A model generated the notes under the pieces. It was not told the origin of the DNA. It worked only from the letters and a program-made list of their open reading frames with translations, and did not search any database. DNA of 64,000 nt, taken from contig OZ260663.1 of assembly GCA_965285935.1 (NCBI GenBank), forward strand, positions 48,422,001 through 48,486,000. Reading direction: 5' to 3'. Below are positions 51,101 through 64,000 of this stretch, one piece after another (position 1 is the first letter of the stretch; every line of letters starts with the position of its first letter). Made by a program: the position numbers and the translations under genes. This stretch comes from Ophelia neglecta (Eukaryota).

Positions 51101-54100
51101 AGGCTAGACTTCTAAAGAGATGTCCTGAAATAGTTGTAGCCACTCCTGGCAGATTATGGGAACTTATACAAGAGGTTTGCATCAGCCTTCCTGGTACTAA
51201 TAAATAGAAGCATTTAAGTATACACACAATGTGAAACTGTGGTATTTCAATATTCACAACAATTTATCCAAAACACACAAGCTTTGTGTAGAACTTCAAC
51301 ATTAATCTTTAATATGGTTCAAGGTCAATCTTCCTATTGTTCTTCTAGGGAGATCCCCACCTATCTAAAGTACAAGACATTAGGACTTTAGTTGTGGATG
51401 AAGCTGACCGGATGGTTGAAAAGGGACACTTTCAAGAACTCTCACAGTTGTTCTCCATGCTGAACAGGTACATGTACATGTATAAGATTATTAACATAGG
51501 AAAATTGTTAAAGGATTAATTCTGACAATGAGAATGATAAGCTTTTAACCAATGGTATTCTCACAACTAACCTGCTTGCGCATTGTCAATACTGGTACTT
51601 CAGCAAATTGGCAAGAGTAATAACTTGATCACAATTGCTTTTGTTTATCCACTCAGTGATGAAGGTAAAACAAAGAGAAGGCAGACGTTTGTGTTTTCTG
51701 CCACCCTGACTATGATTCACTCTGGTCCTGAAAGAATGGTTAAGCACAAGAAAAAGAAAAACATGTTAAAAACCCCTGATGCAAAAATAAGTGAGTATAT
51801 AACATCAGTCTGTTTCAAACGTCATATCCCAAACTGAGGTTCAGCTTTCCCTTTACTTATGTTTACTTAGTTTAAATATTCAAACAAATGTTGTCTTATT
51901 GTAAAGCATCTCATTTTATTTCATTTGTTCAGAGGCACTGATGGCAGAAATTGGAATGAAGGAGAGACCCAAAGTAATTGACCTAACAACCAAGGTGGGA
52001 ACCGCCGAGACACTGACTGAAGCACGCATCACTTGCACACTGGAGGAAAAAGATCTGTACCTCTTCTACTTCATTCAAAAGTACCCAGGCAGAACTCTGG
52101 TATTTGCCAACAGTAAAGACTGTATCCGTAGGCTGGTCTCGATCTGTGCACTTCTCGAGTGCTCCCCCCTGCCTCTCCATGCTGATATGCATCAGAAACA
52201 GCGGTTGAAAAATCTGGATAGATTTACAGGTAATATTATAGACACCTGAATATGAATACTTTAATATTGAAGCTTGGCTAAGTCTATTTTTTTTGGTAAG
52301 GGGTTTTAAAATTTTAAACTAAAATGAGCTAACTGAAGGCATCAGGCTTTATTGACAAAAAAATCGTTTTAAAAGAACAAGAAAAGGTAAATTTCTGTTC
52401 ATGTTTACTTTTCTGAACTTATGGTAAAAAGTCATGTTAATTCTCTTAAAAGTGCATGTATTTTACAGACAATCCCCGGGGGCTACTTTTAGCTACTGAT
52501 GTGGCTGCCAGAGGGTTAGATATTCCCAATGTTCAGCATGTAATACATTATCAAGTGCCAAGAACTACTGAGGTAAAATAGCTAATCTTTGTGTAGCAAT
52601 AACTCATTTAAATTCTTTTAAAGCTGCACTTCAATAAAGCAGCAACATAAGTGCTTTTCTGTTGGCATTTGTCTGTACACTTATTGATTAAATTTACCTA
52701 TTTAAACATATTTATGGTGTTATTTAGAACTATGTACACAGAAGTGGTAGGACTGCTCGTGCCAGTAAGGAAGGACTCAGTGTCATGCTTGTGGGACCGG
52801 AGGATCTAAAAAACTACAGGAAAATCATTAAAACACTGAACAAAGGTGTGTAACAACCAACCCAACATACCAGTAGTAGTTTAAGTTTGTGATACAAGAA
52901 AGTTACAGATGTTTGGAAGTTGGGATGAAGCAAACTTTATTAATTTTAAGTAGTAAGGACTCTGAAACATGCCTGCATTTTACACCACATGTTTACAATT
53001 ACATTAACACTGATTTGTTGATATTGTAATACTAAGAGTGTATGCTCCTTACAGATGAGGACCTGCCTGTTTTCCCAACTGAAATGGATATATTATCTAC
53101 CATGAAACCCAAAGTACAGCTAGCAAGGCAAATTGACAAAGAAGAGCACCAGTAAGTCAATTTCTATAAACAGAGCTTGTAGAATTGTTGTTCTTGCTAA
53201 ACATATTGAACAAAAGTTAACACATTTCAATGATTAAATAATGAATTTACTTTGCTTGCATCTTCTAGGACGGATAAAGTGAAAGTGCAGAACAATTGGT
53301 TTTTACAAGCAGCCAAAGATATTGACATGATACTGGATGAAGATGAATTGTATCCTTTTGATAAGAATATTGAACAAAACTGTTAATATGTTCAGGTCAT
53401 ATAAAAGGATCACTGGTACTCTATGGTAGCTGTATATCAGTTATTTTATAGTGATGGGGGTACACAATAAGAGGTATGATTGAGTCTTGTGCGTTGCTGG
53501 CACCCGTTTATAAAGGTGTAGCTCAGAAATTTTCTCAGACAAGACCCTGCTGTTTATACTAATTCAGTTGTAGAAATGGGAACATCAAACTTCATTAACA
53601 TTTTTCAATAACATGAACTGGACTGAATAACTTGCTTGCAAATATTGGCTTTGGAGAATGGGATTTTTAATGCCTTGCAATATTTGTTAAGTTAAACACA
53701 ATGCCCTTACATTATTTAATGATTTGGTATTATACATTATCCTTAAATTCCATAACCTAAACCAAGCTTAGAGGAAGCTGGCGACCAGTACAAACAAAGT
53801 CAACAAAAGCACAAGATCAGAAAACTTAAAATGCAGCTCCATCAGTTGTTGTCAGAACCAAACAGAAATAGATCATTTTCTGGGAAATATCCCACCAAGT
53901 CAGGAAAGCTGATTATCCCAGAAAGCAAAGGTAAGCAGTGATGACCAGGCTGGTCAGTGATGACAGGGCTGGTCAGTGATGACCGGGCTGGTCAGTGATG
54001 ACCAGGGTGGTCAGTGGTGACCGGGTTGGTCTAAAAGGCACACTGGTTACTAGTACACTTGTAGGGTCTTTTAGTTCCGACTTTGTGATATTTTAACAAA

Positions 54101-54485
54101 CATTGTTTTTCTGTCCTATTTCTTGCTGAACTGCCAGTCAGTAGTGTGGCCTATAAAGAACCTCACTATAATTCATCATACTGTTTGTTCATAGAAATAA
54201 GACTGTTCTGAATACATTTTGGGATGGTTTTAGTTGTCCAGTATTTAATTTCCAAGCACAATCCAAGTAACATTGTATGGTACAAGATAATTAATGCATT
54301 TGTTGGTCACGTTTTGTCTACAGTTAAGTTTCATTTTTTATTTCCTCCTAGATGAAGCCTCAGCAGTCAAACATGCTAAACAGGATCACAAGAAAACTGA
54401 AAAACTCAAACAATCATTGGCTCCAAAGCTAGGAAACAAGAAAAAGAAATACAAAAAGAACAAGGCAAATAAAGGAGCTAAATAA
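48140..54485 (+). CDS. DDX24: ATP-dependent DEAD-box RNA helicase DDX24 (MAK5 orthologue)
   Basis: Sixteen exons: 48140-48313, 49091-49394, 49586-49684, 49921-50069, 50246-50518, 50692-50868, 51064-51174, 51349-51467, 51657-51790, 51933-52229, 52469-52572, 52728-52845, 53055-53151, 53269-53349, 53767-53930, 54352-54485. Total 2535 nt (844 aa). Motifs AETGSGKT, acidic insert, [51 protein letters not shown] and C-terminal FSGKYPT. Confidence 0.95.
53350..53766 (+). other. U12-type (minor spliceosome) GT-AG intron in DDX24
   Basis: 5' site GTATCCTTTT; branch-site-like TCCTTAAAT at 53740-53748, about 20 nt before an AAG acceptor that has no polypyrimidine tract. Only this acceptor keeps the frame. 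Confidence 0.85.
53936..54030. repeat. 19-bp x5 minisatellite directly after a DDX24 donor site
   Basis: CAGTGATGACC(A/G)GGCTGGT repeated five times with few mismatches. Confidence 0.95.
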
Positions 54486-54831
54486 TTAATATTGAAGTAC
54501 TCTAGAGCAAGGAGACTAGACCCTTATCACTGTTTTATTGTTTGTCTAACAGTTCGTGTTTAAGATCCTTCTCTAGATAGATATACAGCACATGTATTAT
54601 TATATTTTAATATATAATGTTTAATTGATGTAAAAGCATTAATCATCATCATCCAACAGCCTATTGTGTATATGAACAGAACATAAATGCATACATAGTT
54701 TCCACATCATCTCCAGTGCTATTTGCTTCAAGGATTAACAATTATCTGGGGGGGGGGGGGGGGGGGCAGTGTCCTTGAAAGTTCTATGTGCATGGTCTTC
54801 TGTACATTGATTTCACACCTTGTAAAATAGG

Positions 54832-54881
54832 AATAAAACAAAATGTGATTTATATCATTTATTTGCCTTAATATATTTATT
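54832..54881. terminator. Convergent polyadenylation signals of DDX24 (+) and dystrobrevin (-)
   Basis: AATAAA on plus at 54832-54837; AATAAA on minus at 54863-54858 and 54881-54876. Confidence 0.5.
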
Positions 54882-56189
54882 TACATAAATAATCATCCCA
54901 GTTAAAGGTGATGTTATAATATCAGATTCTATTGTGGTGTTATTTTGTACTTCAGCAAGGAATTACTTCAGCAAGGTACTAATACAAGTCAATAAGACAA
55001 CTGAAATACAAGGTCCATTCCTTAACTTATACAAAGTAACACTGCCATCACTAAATCAATACATGTTCACCTGTATGTATAGGCTGGGTACTATACTACT
55101 TAAACAGTACTTCTGACAAGTTCTTAGGAGTGTCACACTTGCTAAGAACATTTCTCAAACTGCTGTATGATACAATAACCTCTATCTATTGTCTATTGAG
55201 TTGTTTAAGCATCTTATTTGGATCAACTTTTCACAAAGTTTTTCCAAACAAGTTCTCTTTACACTTCCATAGTGCTAAACAATACAACCTGATAAATAAA
55301 TTACTATGCTAATAATAATTGGACATTTAAATACTGATGTTTACGTGCAATATCAACACAATCAAAGTCAGAAACTGCTGAAAGTCTTCGCAAATGATGA
55401 CATGGTACCAATGAGTTAGCAATAATAGCACCGTACAAAAAGTACCTGGTGAAAGGTCAACAAGAACGTACATGGATGCCGTCTGCTTCTGCTGATAGGG
55501 GCTGGTCAATTGAATCAATACACTATGCCGATCATGAACAAGAATATCACTAGTCAGATGTCACCAATTATCATTTAAATAGCTCTAGTCCCACGTGTTC
55601 TCAGACAGAAAGCCAATGGCCTATCTTTCACTCTAAAACATGATTCCCCAGTCATACAGCCATCTATCTCATTTACTACATTATTATACTGCATAGATTT
55701 AAATATTACTCTTGATGTCACAATGCTTAAAAGAAAGTCCAAAAGTATGTTACAACTACATAGTATTCATTAATGAGGATGTTTTCTTCACAATACTGAT
55801 CAGTATAATAACCAAACACATTCAAGACTATTATCCAAAGATTCTCCATGAAAGCAGCTAGTAGATATCTATGTGGCAGTGTCTTATGTGCATGTAACCC
55901 TGTAACATACTAAGCATTATAATGCTCAGTTTAGTAATTTAAATTTAGATTTACATTCATTGTGGCAATTTTATTATATACATGTATATTGTATATTCTT
56001 GGAATGCCATTGATATACAGTTAGCAAACATAAGGGTTACAACAGAGGCTGATATCCATGTCACATGGAAACAATTAAAACAGACTAGAGAGTTCAAATG
56101 GTGGTTAATAACCCCAGAATGTAGATCTACACCATTTAACTCTCGATGGTGGAGGCTCTACTGAATTTGTATGTGGGCTCATCTTCAAG

Positions 56190-59100
56190 TTATCTGTTAA
56201 CCCAGCGTTTCATTGCCTCTTCCCATTCTGATTGGCCCCCTTCCTCGTCGTCTGTCCTTATATACGACTCCTGGTCAGTCTCCAGCCCTGTTTCGTCATC
56301 TGTGGTGTAGCGTTGGGGAATCAACTCCTGCAAGTAAATTGATACGGGATTGGAACAGTGCTTGTTGGTCAGATAAATAGATTATCTAGGATGGGCTTCT
56401 TGACTTAGGATTTTGTACCAGGATGTGAATACTGTAAAACCAAAACATCTATCTATCTAACATCACATGTAGCAGTCCATCTATAATTAAGTCATTAAAA
56501 CTAAAACACTGGAGAATGTGCAAATATAACTGACTTGTTTTTTAACAGCACAAAAAATGTGCAAAATTTAATGGCAGCAAATGATAAGCAATTCAGGAGC
56601 ACAAAGTGCAGCAAATGTCAATTGTTTTACATTGCCTTTTACCACTGTCTTTTCTTTATTGAGGCAGACATCCACTCTTAGCTGTTTAACAGCAAATTTG
56701 CTGACAGGCTAATGTCAGTTGTCAGTTTGGAAGTACCAGAGTGCTTAATGGCCATATACAGTGTGGCTCTGAATACTTTACAGGAAAGGAAGTGCAAGCA
56801 TTGGACAGGGAGGTTCATATGCTGTGCATGACAGCTTAACAAATGGGAAAGTTTAGTTTTAAACACACATCAACCATCATATATTCAACAACACTGCTGC
56901 CAAAAGAAGGGGAAATGCGCTCTGTATGCAATGAGTGCTCCTACTTTGCCCAAATCCCTCTTCATTAAACCAAGACTCTGCATTGGGTACAATATGTCTG
57001 GGAAGTGTATATAACAAGCAACTCTAAATATCCTAGATTTATTTTTATTGCCTTTGTTCAGGACTTTTCTTTAAAACCTTCACAAATGGTTGCCTGGAAA
57101 ATAGTCCTGCCCTCCACAAACCAAAGTGCACATAAGGCCTTGAAATGTGAACAGAGTAGTAAGAAAGATAAGAGGATCAATGAAATAACAACAGCTCCAT
57201 GTTCCTAAATCAGCACACAGGATATTCATTAATTGTGATCTATTTAACTTTGATAGTGTAACATATACATGTATATGGATATGTACATACTAAAAACCAT
57301 GTGGAATATATCCATGCATGAATATTTGATTTCTCAGCAATGGAATGCAATCAGACAATCATTGCCAATGCAGCTGATCCGTTTGAGGATGTGGGAGCCC
57401 AGGTCACCAGAGGTCACCCTAATCGTAGTTTGACAGATGCCTTTGGGTATTAAACATGCAAGCAGTAGTCTCTCCTAACACATGCATGGCAAAAGAATTA
57501 GTCAACAGTCCTTTACAACTGACTTGCTGTGCAGGATTCTAACTAACTGTTCGTAATCGAGCTAGGATACATATCTTTCCTTCTGATCACTGTCCAGAAG
57601 GCAATACCAACTGAGCTAGTGTGAATGCACAAAAACACATGAAATGACTTGCATGAAGAAAAGCAACGAATATATATTTATTATGAAAACAATAAGTGCT
57701 GTAGCCTATATCGACAACTGCACATGGAGATTTTAATCTGGTTTACATGGATGCCTATAATGGACATTTTAAACCTAAGGCTTGGGTGATGCTAAACAGT
57801 AGGTTATTCCAAGTTCTGTGTTGTTTAAACTGTTAAGCTTGAATGATTTCACCATTATGATAAATATATATTTGAGTTTTCAATATGAAAATAAAAGTTT
57901 TTACTACAAACTCTACATTAAATATTATTACTTTTGGATCCTGGTCATATAACTCTGCATATATTTCATCATCAGTTTTCATCACATAACTCTCATCATC
58001 AGTTTTCACGTAAGACTCGGCATCGTCTGCACCAAAACCATCATCCCCTTCATCAGTCGGAATGTAACTAAAACAGAACCAAATAAAAATAAAATATAAT
58101 TTACACCATATTACTGTATCAAAGAACATGACACAAAGTGTTTTTCAACCTTGACAGATTGTTGTCAGTTTAGTCACATAGGAGGGGAGAGAACTGCAGA
58201 AAACAATTAAAATCATTTTTCATTCAATTAAGGCTATCATTAGTCAGTCATCCAAAGATTGCGGAGAGCCCGTATATACAGGTACAGGCAGGTAAGGATG
58301 AAACAATAAATCATAACCTCTAATCCTGAACAGGAAACAAGTTTGGTACATACTGTTCAGAATCTGACGCCGAGCGCACATGCTTTCCCTTGCGTGCTCT
58401 CAGCTGTCGTAAGAAGTCTGTCTCCTGTTGTAGTTTCTGCTGCATCTCAGCTTGCCAGGCTTGTAGCTCGTCAACTTCATGATCTGTAACATGTATCATG
58501 TGATAAATGTGGCACTTTCTACTAGCTGTTATTCACATTGGCTCACAATACTAGCTGCAATCTATAATTTTGCCAGACCAGAGAATAATGTATATAAAGA
58601 ATTCCCGCTTACTTCTCCTATGGTGCCTGTTATTTATCAAGTCATCTTCATCTTCGCTCCCACTGGATGCCTCTGAAATGTTTATTAACGTGTTGGATTT
58701 TGGTAAAATACCTGATAGGAATTCAAGTTTTGAGTGCTTTACATAAAGAGTGATATCATATTTCCCATTTTTCTGATACTATGGATAATTCACAGGAAAT
58801 TGTACTGGATTCAACAGGACATTGTTCAATAAATGTTGGGACTCTCAGCAGCCATCTACCTGAGTTGAGCTCTTTAACCAGTGATGACATGGCGTTAGTT
58901 ACAGAGTCTGCTGCCACTAAGAGATCATTTCTCAGACTACGAACACTCCCAGTTGTAGATGCACCACTGCAAAAGAAATATAAAACCATGATTGTTCTTT
59001 TATGCATTGCCTAGCTGTCTACAAGCTTGTGACAAAGACAATTTGAGGGGTACAGGAAGTGGAGAGCTGACCTATTGTGTTGACTGAAGGCCTGTCGGAC

Positions 59101-62100
59101 ATCGCCCCCCAGACCTGCCAGAGAGTCCCCAGGGGTAGTAGGAGCACTGTGTCCCCGGGTTCCAGGATACGTTCCCGGTGGTGACCCACCTGCCATACGA
59201 GATCGTGGACTGCTGTTGGGTGTAGAACGTGGAGATCCACCATGGCTCTGAAATAAAAATTCAAGAATGACTATCCATACATTATTGACCACCAAGCCAG
59301 GCTAGCTGATAACACACTTAGGACTCACATATGGTGAACAGTCATTTTACCAAGTAAAGACTGACATTTGATTGCTGCATTTTCTCTTGTGCATGATGTT
59401 TGTGAAGATTTCATGCAACTTTTTTCAGTCCCATTATATCCCCAGCTGTTTTCCTGCTAGAAGGCTGCTAATGGTGGTGATGTGGAGCATGGCATGGTGA
59501 GACAAGGGGAGGGCCTTGCCTAGAGAAATGACGTCTGGAGCAAACAGAATCAATAGCCTATGATAGATTAATGTTTAAGGGAATGGATCAATACCTTATG
59601 CAGGCCATTTCTTTGTTGCCCTCCACATTTATTATTACCTCTGGCAATCACTGTCTCAACCAAAAACATTTTTACAAACACTTTCTATAGCAGCCGGTCC
59701 AACTAATTTGCAGTGATCAGACAGTTGCCTAGTAATACAATTTTTGCATTTTAAATACATTCATGTTTATCATGTTTGGTTGCCGCAAGGAGATGTTACC
59801 AAGTATGCCGATGCTGTTACAATATCCCATATGGTATTTGGCAGTGAAGGAGACAAGTAATTAGACATGCCTAGTTAGGCCTAGCAGACCAACACAGACC
59901 TCATCCTGGGGTCAATACATCAAAAATTCCTTTTTGTAATTACAGCCATACTTCACTCCTCTTAATCTACTTTCTTGTCAAAGGTACTGAAAACAGCAAA
60001 ATGGGAAAGAGCTCCAAGCTGGTCAAAAACAGACACGTCTGCCTCATGTATGAGGGCTGGCAGTAAAGAGCATGGCAATATTTAGAGTGCTATTAACAAC
60101 AGACATGTTTGCAGACACAATAAATGGCTACATGCATTTTGATGAATACCAAGACCAAGGCAATCAAAGAAGGATTAGGCTTCTGATCAAAACCACTGGC
60201 ACATTTAAATAAATCACAACATAGCTGTATGATCTTATAACTAAAACCAATATTAGCATTAAAGGTTAATATGATACAACATGTTTTAGTATTATCCAGC
60301 GACTTTACTGGCACAGCGATTTCCAAATTTTTAAAGACACTGCATTGAAATGGATCTGCTAATCATATAAACATGTTTTATATTTAAATTAATAAATTCT
60401 ATTCCCATTATATATATTTTTCTTCTTCAAATTGAAGTATTAGAAATGTAAACATGACATTTAGAAACACATGCCTGTCTAAGGTCTCAGTTATGCAATT
60501 ATTTTTGTCGCAAAATAAGACTATTTTATCACCATAAAAAAAGACAAATAGTCATCCCATCTTACCCATAAACTAGTACCCATGCCACAAACTATACCTT
60601 GTAGAATATTTACAAGTAGAACCACTTTAAAGCAACAAACAGCAATACATGAAGGAAGTAACTCCCTCAAAATCTGCTGGTCATCACAACCTATGAGGGC
60701 AAGTCTGTAATAGCCCTCCAGACACTATAAACCACCTTTGAAATCACACATTACTTATATAAAAAATGTCCATGCCCTTGCCAATACCTGCCAAAAAAAA
60801 ATTTGTATTCAATTTAAGGCAAGGATTTTTGCAACGGGAAATTGAAAATAGAAAAAAGCAAGTATCAAATCTGATGACACTGTCATGTCCTTTCATATAC
60901 ATTTGCAATACACTTTAAAAATTCTCTAGCTGGTCAAATAAACTTCATTGCCTACAAGAAGTCTCATATATTTTTCATATGGTTGTTAAGAAATACAGGT
61001 ACATGTATAAGCTCTAAATCCTTCAATGATCTCAAACTTGACATCAACTGCAATTTCACAGTCAATTAAGTTGAAGTAACTATACTGTAGGTTTCTGGTT
61101 TATTTCTGCAGGAGGAAAGGAACTTTGAAACAGTGTCAAGCCAGCGGACGAAATCACAAGGCATACCTGAGTGTTAGTCATTCTAGAGGAACATATGGCC
61201 AAAGAGGATGATGGAGGAAGGCAATCCGTTTCTAGATAGATTAAATTCAGATTAAGCTGGGGAATTATGAGAAAACAGGAAACCATTGTATCTACATCCC
61301 ACATCTAATTTAAAATTTGACTTTGTTCAATTTGAACTTGATATTTGAAATAGGTAGCTACAAGATGCCTAAAAAAGTGACAGATTCTTAGCGCTATCGT
61401 CACAGTAGAGATACCAAAGTGGGCACATGCTTCTCTACATGGTGTATATAGTACCTTTTAAAGGCATAACTATTAAGTCTCTGTCCTGATGACAATTTAG
61501 CTTAGTAAAAAAATTTTTTTTATTATGTTGCTTGGTTCTAAATGTCAGTAATAACCCTTGGATTAAGAGACCTTAAAAAGCAGAGCAAGCCAAAGTAAAT
61601 AACATTTGTATGGCACCATTCTACCTCCAAGGTATCATCTGTCACAAAAATGTTCAGTCAGACAGAATTATGTATAACAAGCCATAAAACTGGCTATATT
61701 ATCTTAGAAATGTGCTGACTCCAAAACCTTGATATATGTTTGTCCAAGGTTATGTTAATAATCTGAGGTTTCAGACTATGCAAAGTGAAGTCCAATGTCA
61801 ACAGTTGCCTTTTCAGATCAACAAATATATTAGAATTTGTATGCCATAATTAGTATATGGTCAGTTACCAAACTGTGGACAGGTACAATTTAAGTCTAAA
61901 CCCCAAGTCTCAGGTACCAAGAACCTTACGTGCACAAACCTAAATGCAGGATTTTTGGAGTAACTGCTCTTGAAAAATAGTCCAGGGAAATCGAAAGAAA
62001 TATGGCACCTTGCACCCACCCCCAAGGCATCACCAGACACTTCAGACATATAAACCCATGAAAGGCTACTGAGAAACACATCCAGACAAGCACAGGTAAG

Positions 62101-63365
62101 ACAATGTCTCAGGGAAGACTTATATTCATGTACATGTACATGTTTAATTCTTACTGTGGTCATGCAGCCGGTGCTTACCAAAGAGTTATTGCATTTTTGT
62201 TTATTGCAAGGTCATATAATAAAATGATTCTTAACATTGACTACTTCAGTGCCATGAGGGGCTATTTTTTTAATGATTGTATTTTGAAATTAAACTAATA
62301 CCATTTAAATGACAATATAAGGTTGATTATCTGATTACACCAGCTCACCAGCACAAACCTTTTATTGATAATCACTTTCCCAAAATGAAATCAAAGGTAA
62401 TACTAAGGCTTGCTATATAACATCTATATTAAATGATGGCTGATCATAAGTAGCTCCTCCTTTTATGCTTTTAAGCCTCAAATACCTTGCCCACAATCAC
62501 AGGCCTGGTGACACAGAGACCAAGCAGAAAAGTGGACTGTCTTGTCTGATCATTGATTCAGGAGAAGAATTAACTCAACTTTCATTGATAGCTATATTAC
62601 ATTATATGCTCCCCAAACAATGAATAAGTGCACATTTTCTAAGCAAGTAAACACCATAATCAAACTTACTAGTCCTGATTGAGATTGAAATGATCTAATA
62701 ACAGTTGCGGTAAAACCTTTCCAATAAGGTCCCACATTTATCATGGACACAGTTCATAATGTCATTACAATAGTCCCCGTCCCTTGTATCCAGCAATCAG
62801 CTTGCTAATCTATTGATCCAGTTTCATCTGACTTTCCCTGTCTACAGCCACTATATACGTATGGCCACCACGGTGGGTGTCATTATATAATATTGTGATG
62901 AACTGCAATATCAATATATGCTAGTTACCTTTAATAGTTTCATAAGTCCTTCTAGCTGAACCATGAGTTCTCTACGGCTTTCCTGCAGGGCAGCCATACG
63001 AGCCTCAAGCTCGTCTCTCCGCTGCCGTAGAAGTCTAAGCTCAGTTAGAAGTGTCGGGTTTCGTGGCTGAACATCGGGAGTTACTTTGGCATGAGCTTCC
63101 TGTTCAATTCGCAACCGCTGAATCTCTCGCATAATTTCTCTAGAAAAGAAACACGGTTATAATTTAATAAAGAATCAAATAAACTGGGAATATTGTATTA
63201 AAATTAAGAATTTTATTACAACAGGCACTCTTGTCCTACTAAGAAGAATATTAAAACATTATTTCAATGTTTCACTCACCTATTTTTGGCTTCGAGTTGA
63301 GCAATAAGTTCACGTTGGGCCTTGTTGGAGTCCAGGCTATAGTTAAGCTCTGTTGGACTGCGTGC
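56190..63365 (-). CDS. DTNB: Dystrobrevin, 3' portion (coiled coils and C-terminal tail); gene starts beyond the right edge
   Basis: Exons: 63365-63280 ([13 protein letters not shown]), 63139-62929 ([10 protein letters not shown]...[44 protein letters not shown]), 59247-59072 ([21 protein letters not shown]), 58966-58860 ([27 protein letters not shown]), 58672-58613, 58483-58354, 58067-57932, 56327-56190 (…[11 protein letters not shown]). All phases are compatible. This is presumably the single invertebrate DTNA/DTNB pro-orthologue. Confidence 0.93.
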
Positions 63366-64000
63366 CTGAAAAAAGTTAATCAAATGACATTTTAGATGTT
63401 GGTATTATTTTGGAAGGAATTCAAACAGTAATTAATTATATTTAAAATGATGGATGTTTTCAGACCATTCTGGCTAGAGCTGCACCACGGTCAGCGGAAA
63501 CACTGCGTGTGCGGCTAGGGGACATCAAGCCTTCATCCAGAGAACACAGACTCCAACTGCTGACACTCTGGTTATATGTCCACCCGAATGCCATGATAAA
63601 TGTGAAAACTAACACTCTAATATCACCTAGTTCTGTAGTATTTCACAAAAATGTTGTTACTTAGAAACCAAGTCTGTTATAGTACTGAGGGTTACAGCAC
63701 AAAAAATAAAAAGATCCATTGTCATCACACACCACAGTTCTGGTTTCTAATCACCAGTCGACAGTATCTTCTGCGCACTGATCACAGACATAAACGTTGA
63801 CACTCTGCCTGATTCATCAACACAGCCAACAGCCAAAATGGAATCTACAAGGGCAATGAAGAATCCTTATATATGTTCTTTACTTGTTATTAATATCTAT
63901 ATATGTTTACATGTATATACATGTAGGTGTTCTTTCCACTAAATCCATATCAACTCAGGTATACACAATGGTGACCAATAACAGCCTGCATCTGCCCTTC

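Noticed and set aside
53936-54030. CRISPR-like array or C/D snoRNA cluster
   Set aside because: Contiguous units have no spacers or box D partner, and the context is a eukaryotic intron.

Overview
This is AT-rich, intron-containing eukaryotic DNA from an invertebrate animal, probably a marine spiralian judging by its repeat types (inference). I reconstructed seven spliced protein-coding genes by hand. (1) The 5' part of an unrecognised gene for an N-acylated (MGC...) acidic low-complexity protein, minus strand, running off the left edge. (2) DHODH, minus, 9 exons, complete. (3) A TMEM200/DUF2371-family gene, minus, one coding exon. (4) A divergent tetraspanin, minus, with one EC2 exon unresolved. 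(5) NSMCE1/NSE1, minus. (6) DDX24, plus, 16 exons, head-to-head with NSMCE1 and containing a U12-type intron. (7) The 3' half of dystrobrevin, minus, tail-to-tail with DDX24. A repeat cluster at about 10.8-16.1 kb holds an element with 7 RFX X-box-like palindromes, MITEs, a disrupted CR1/L2-group LINE and a full-length tRNA-derived SINE with a target-site duplication (TSD). Most short ORFs in the supplied track are intronic or antisense noise. There are no prokaryotic systems, CRISPR arrays, rRNA genes or real tRNA genes. The best leads are the X-box-promoted dual-acylated protein built from small symmetric exons, the X-box-laden repeat near it, the minor-spliceosome intron in DDX24 and the Y-x-x-TDDE repeat tail of dystrobrevin. 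All exon coordinates were read by eye and need RNA-seq confirmation.
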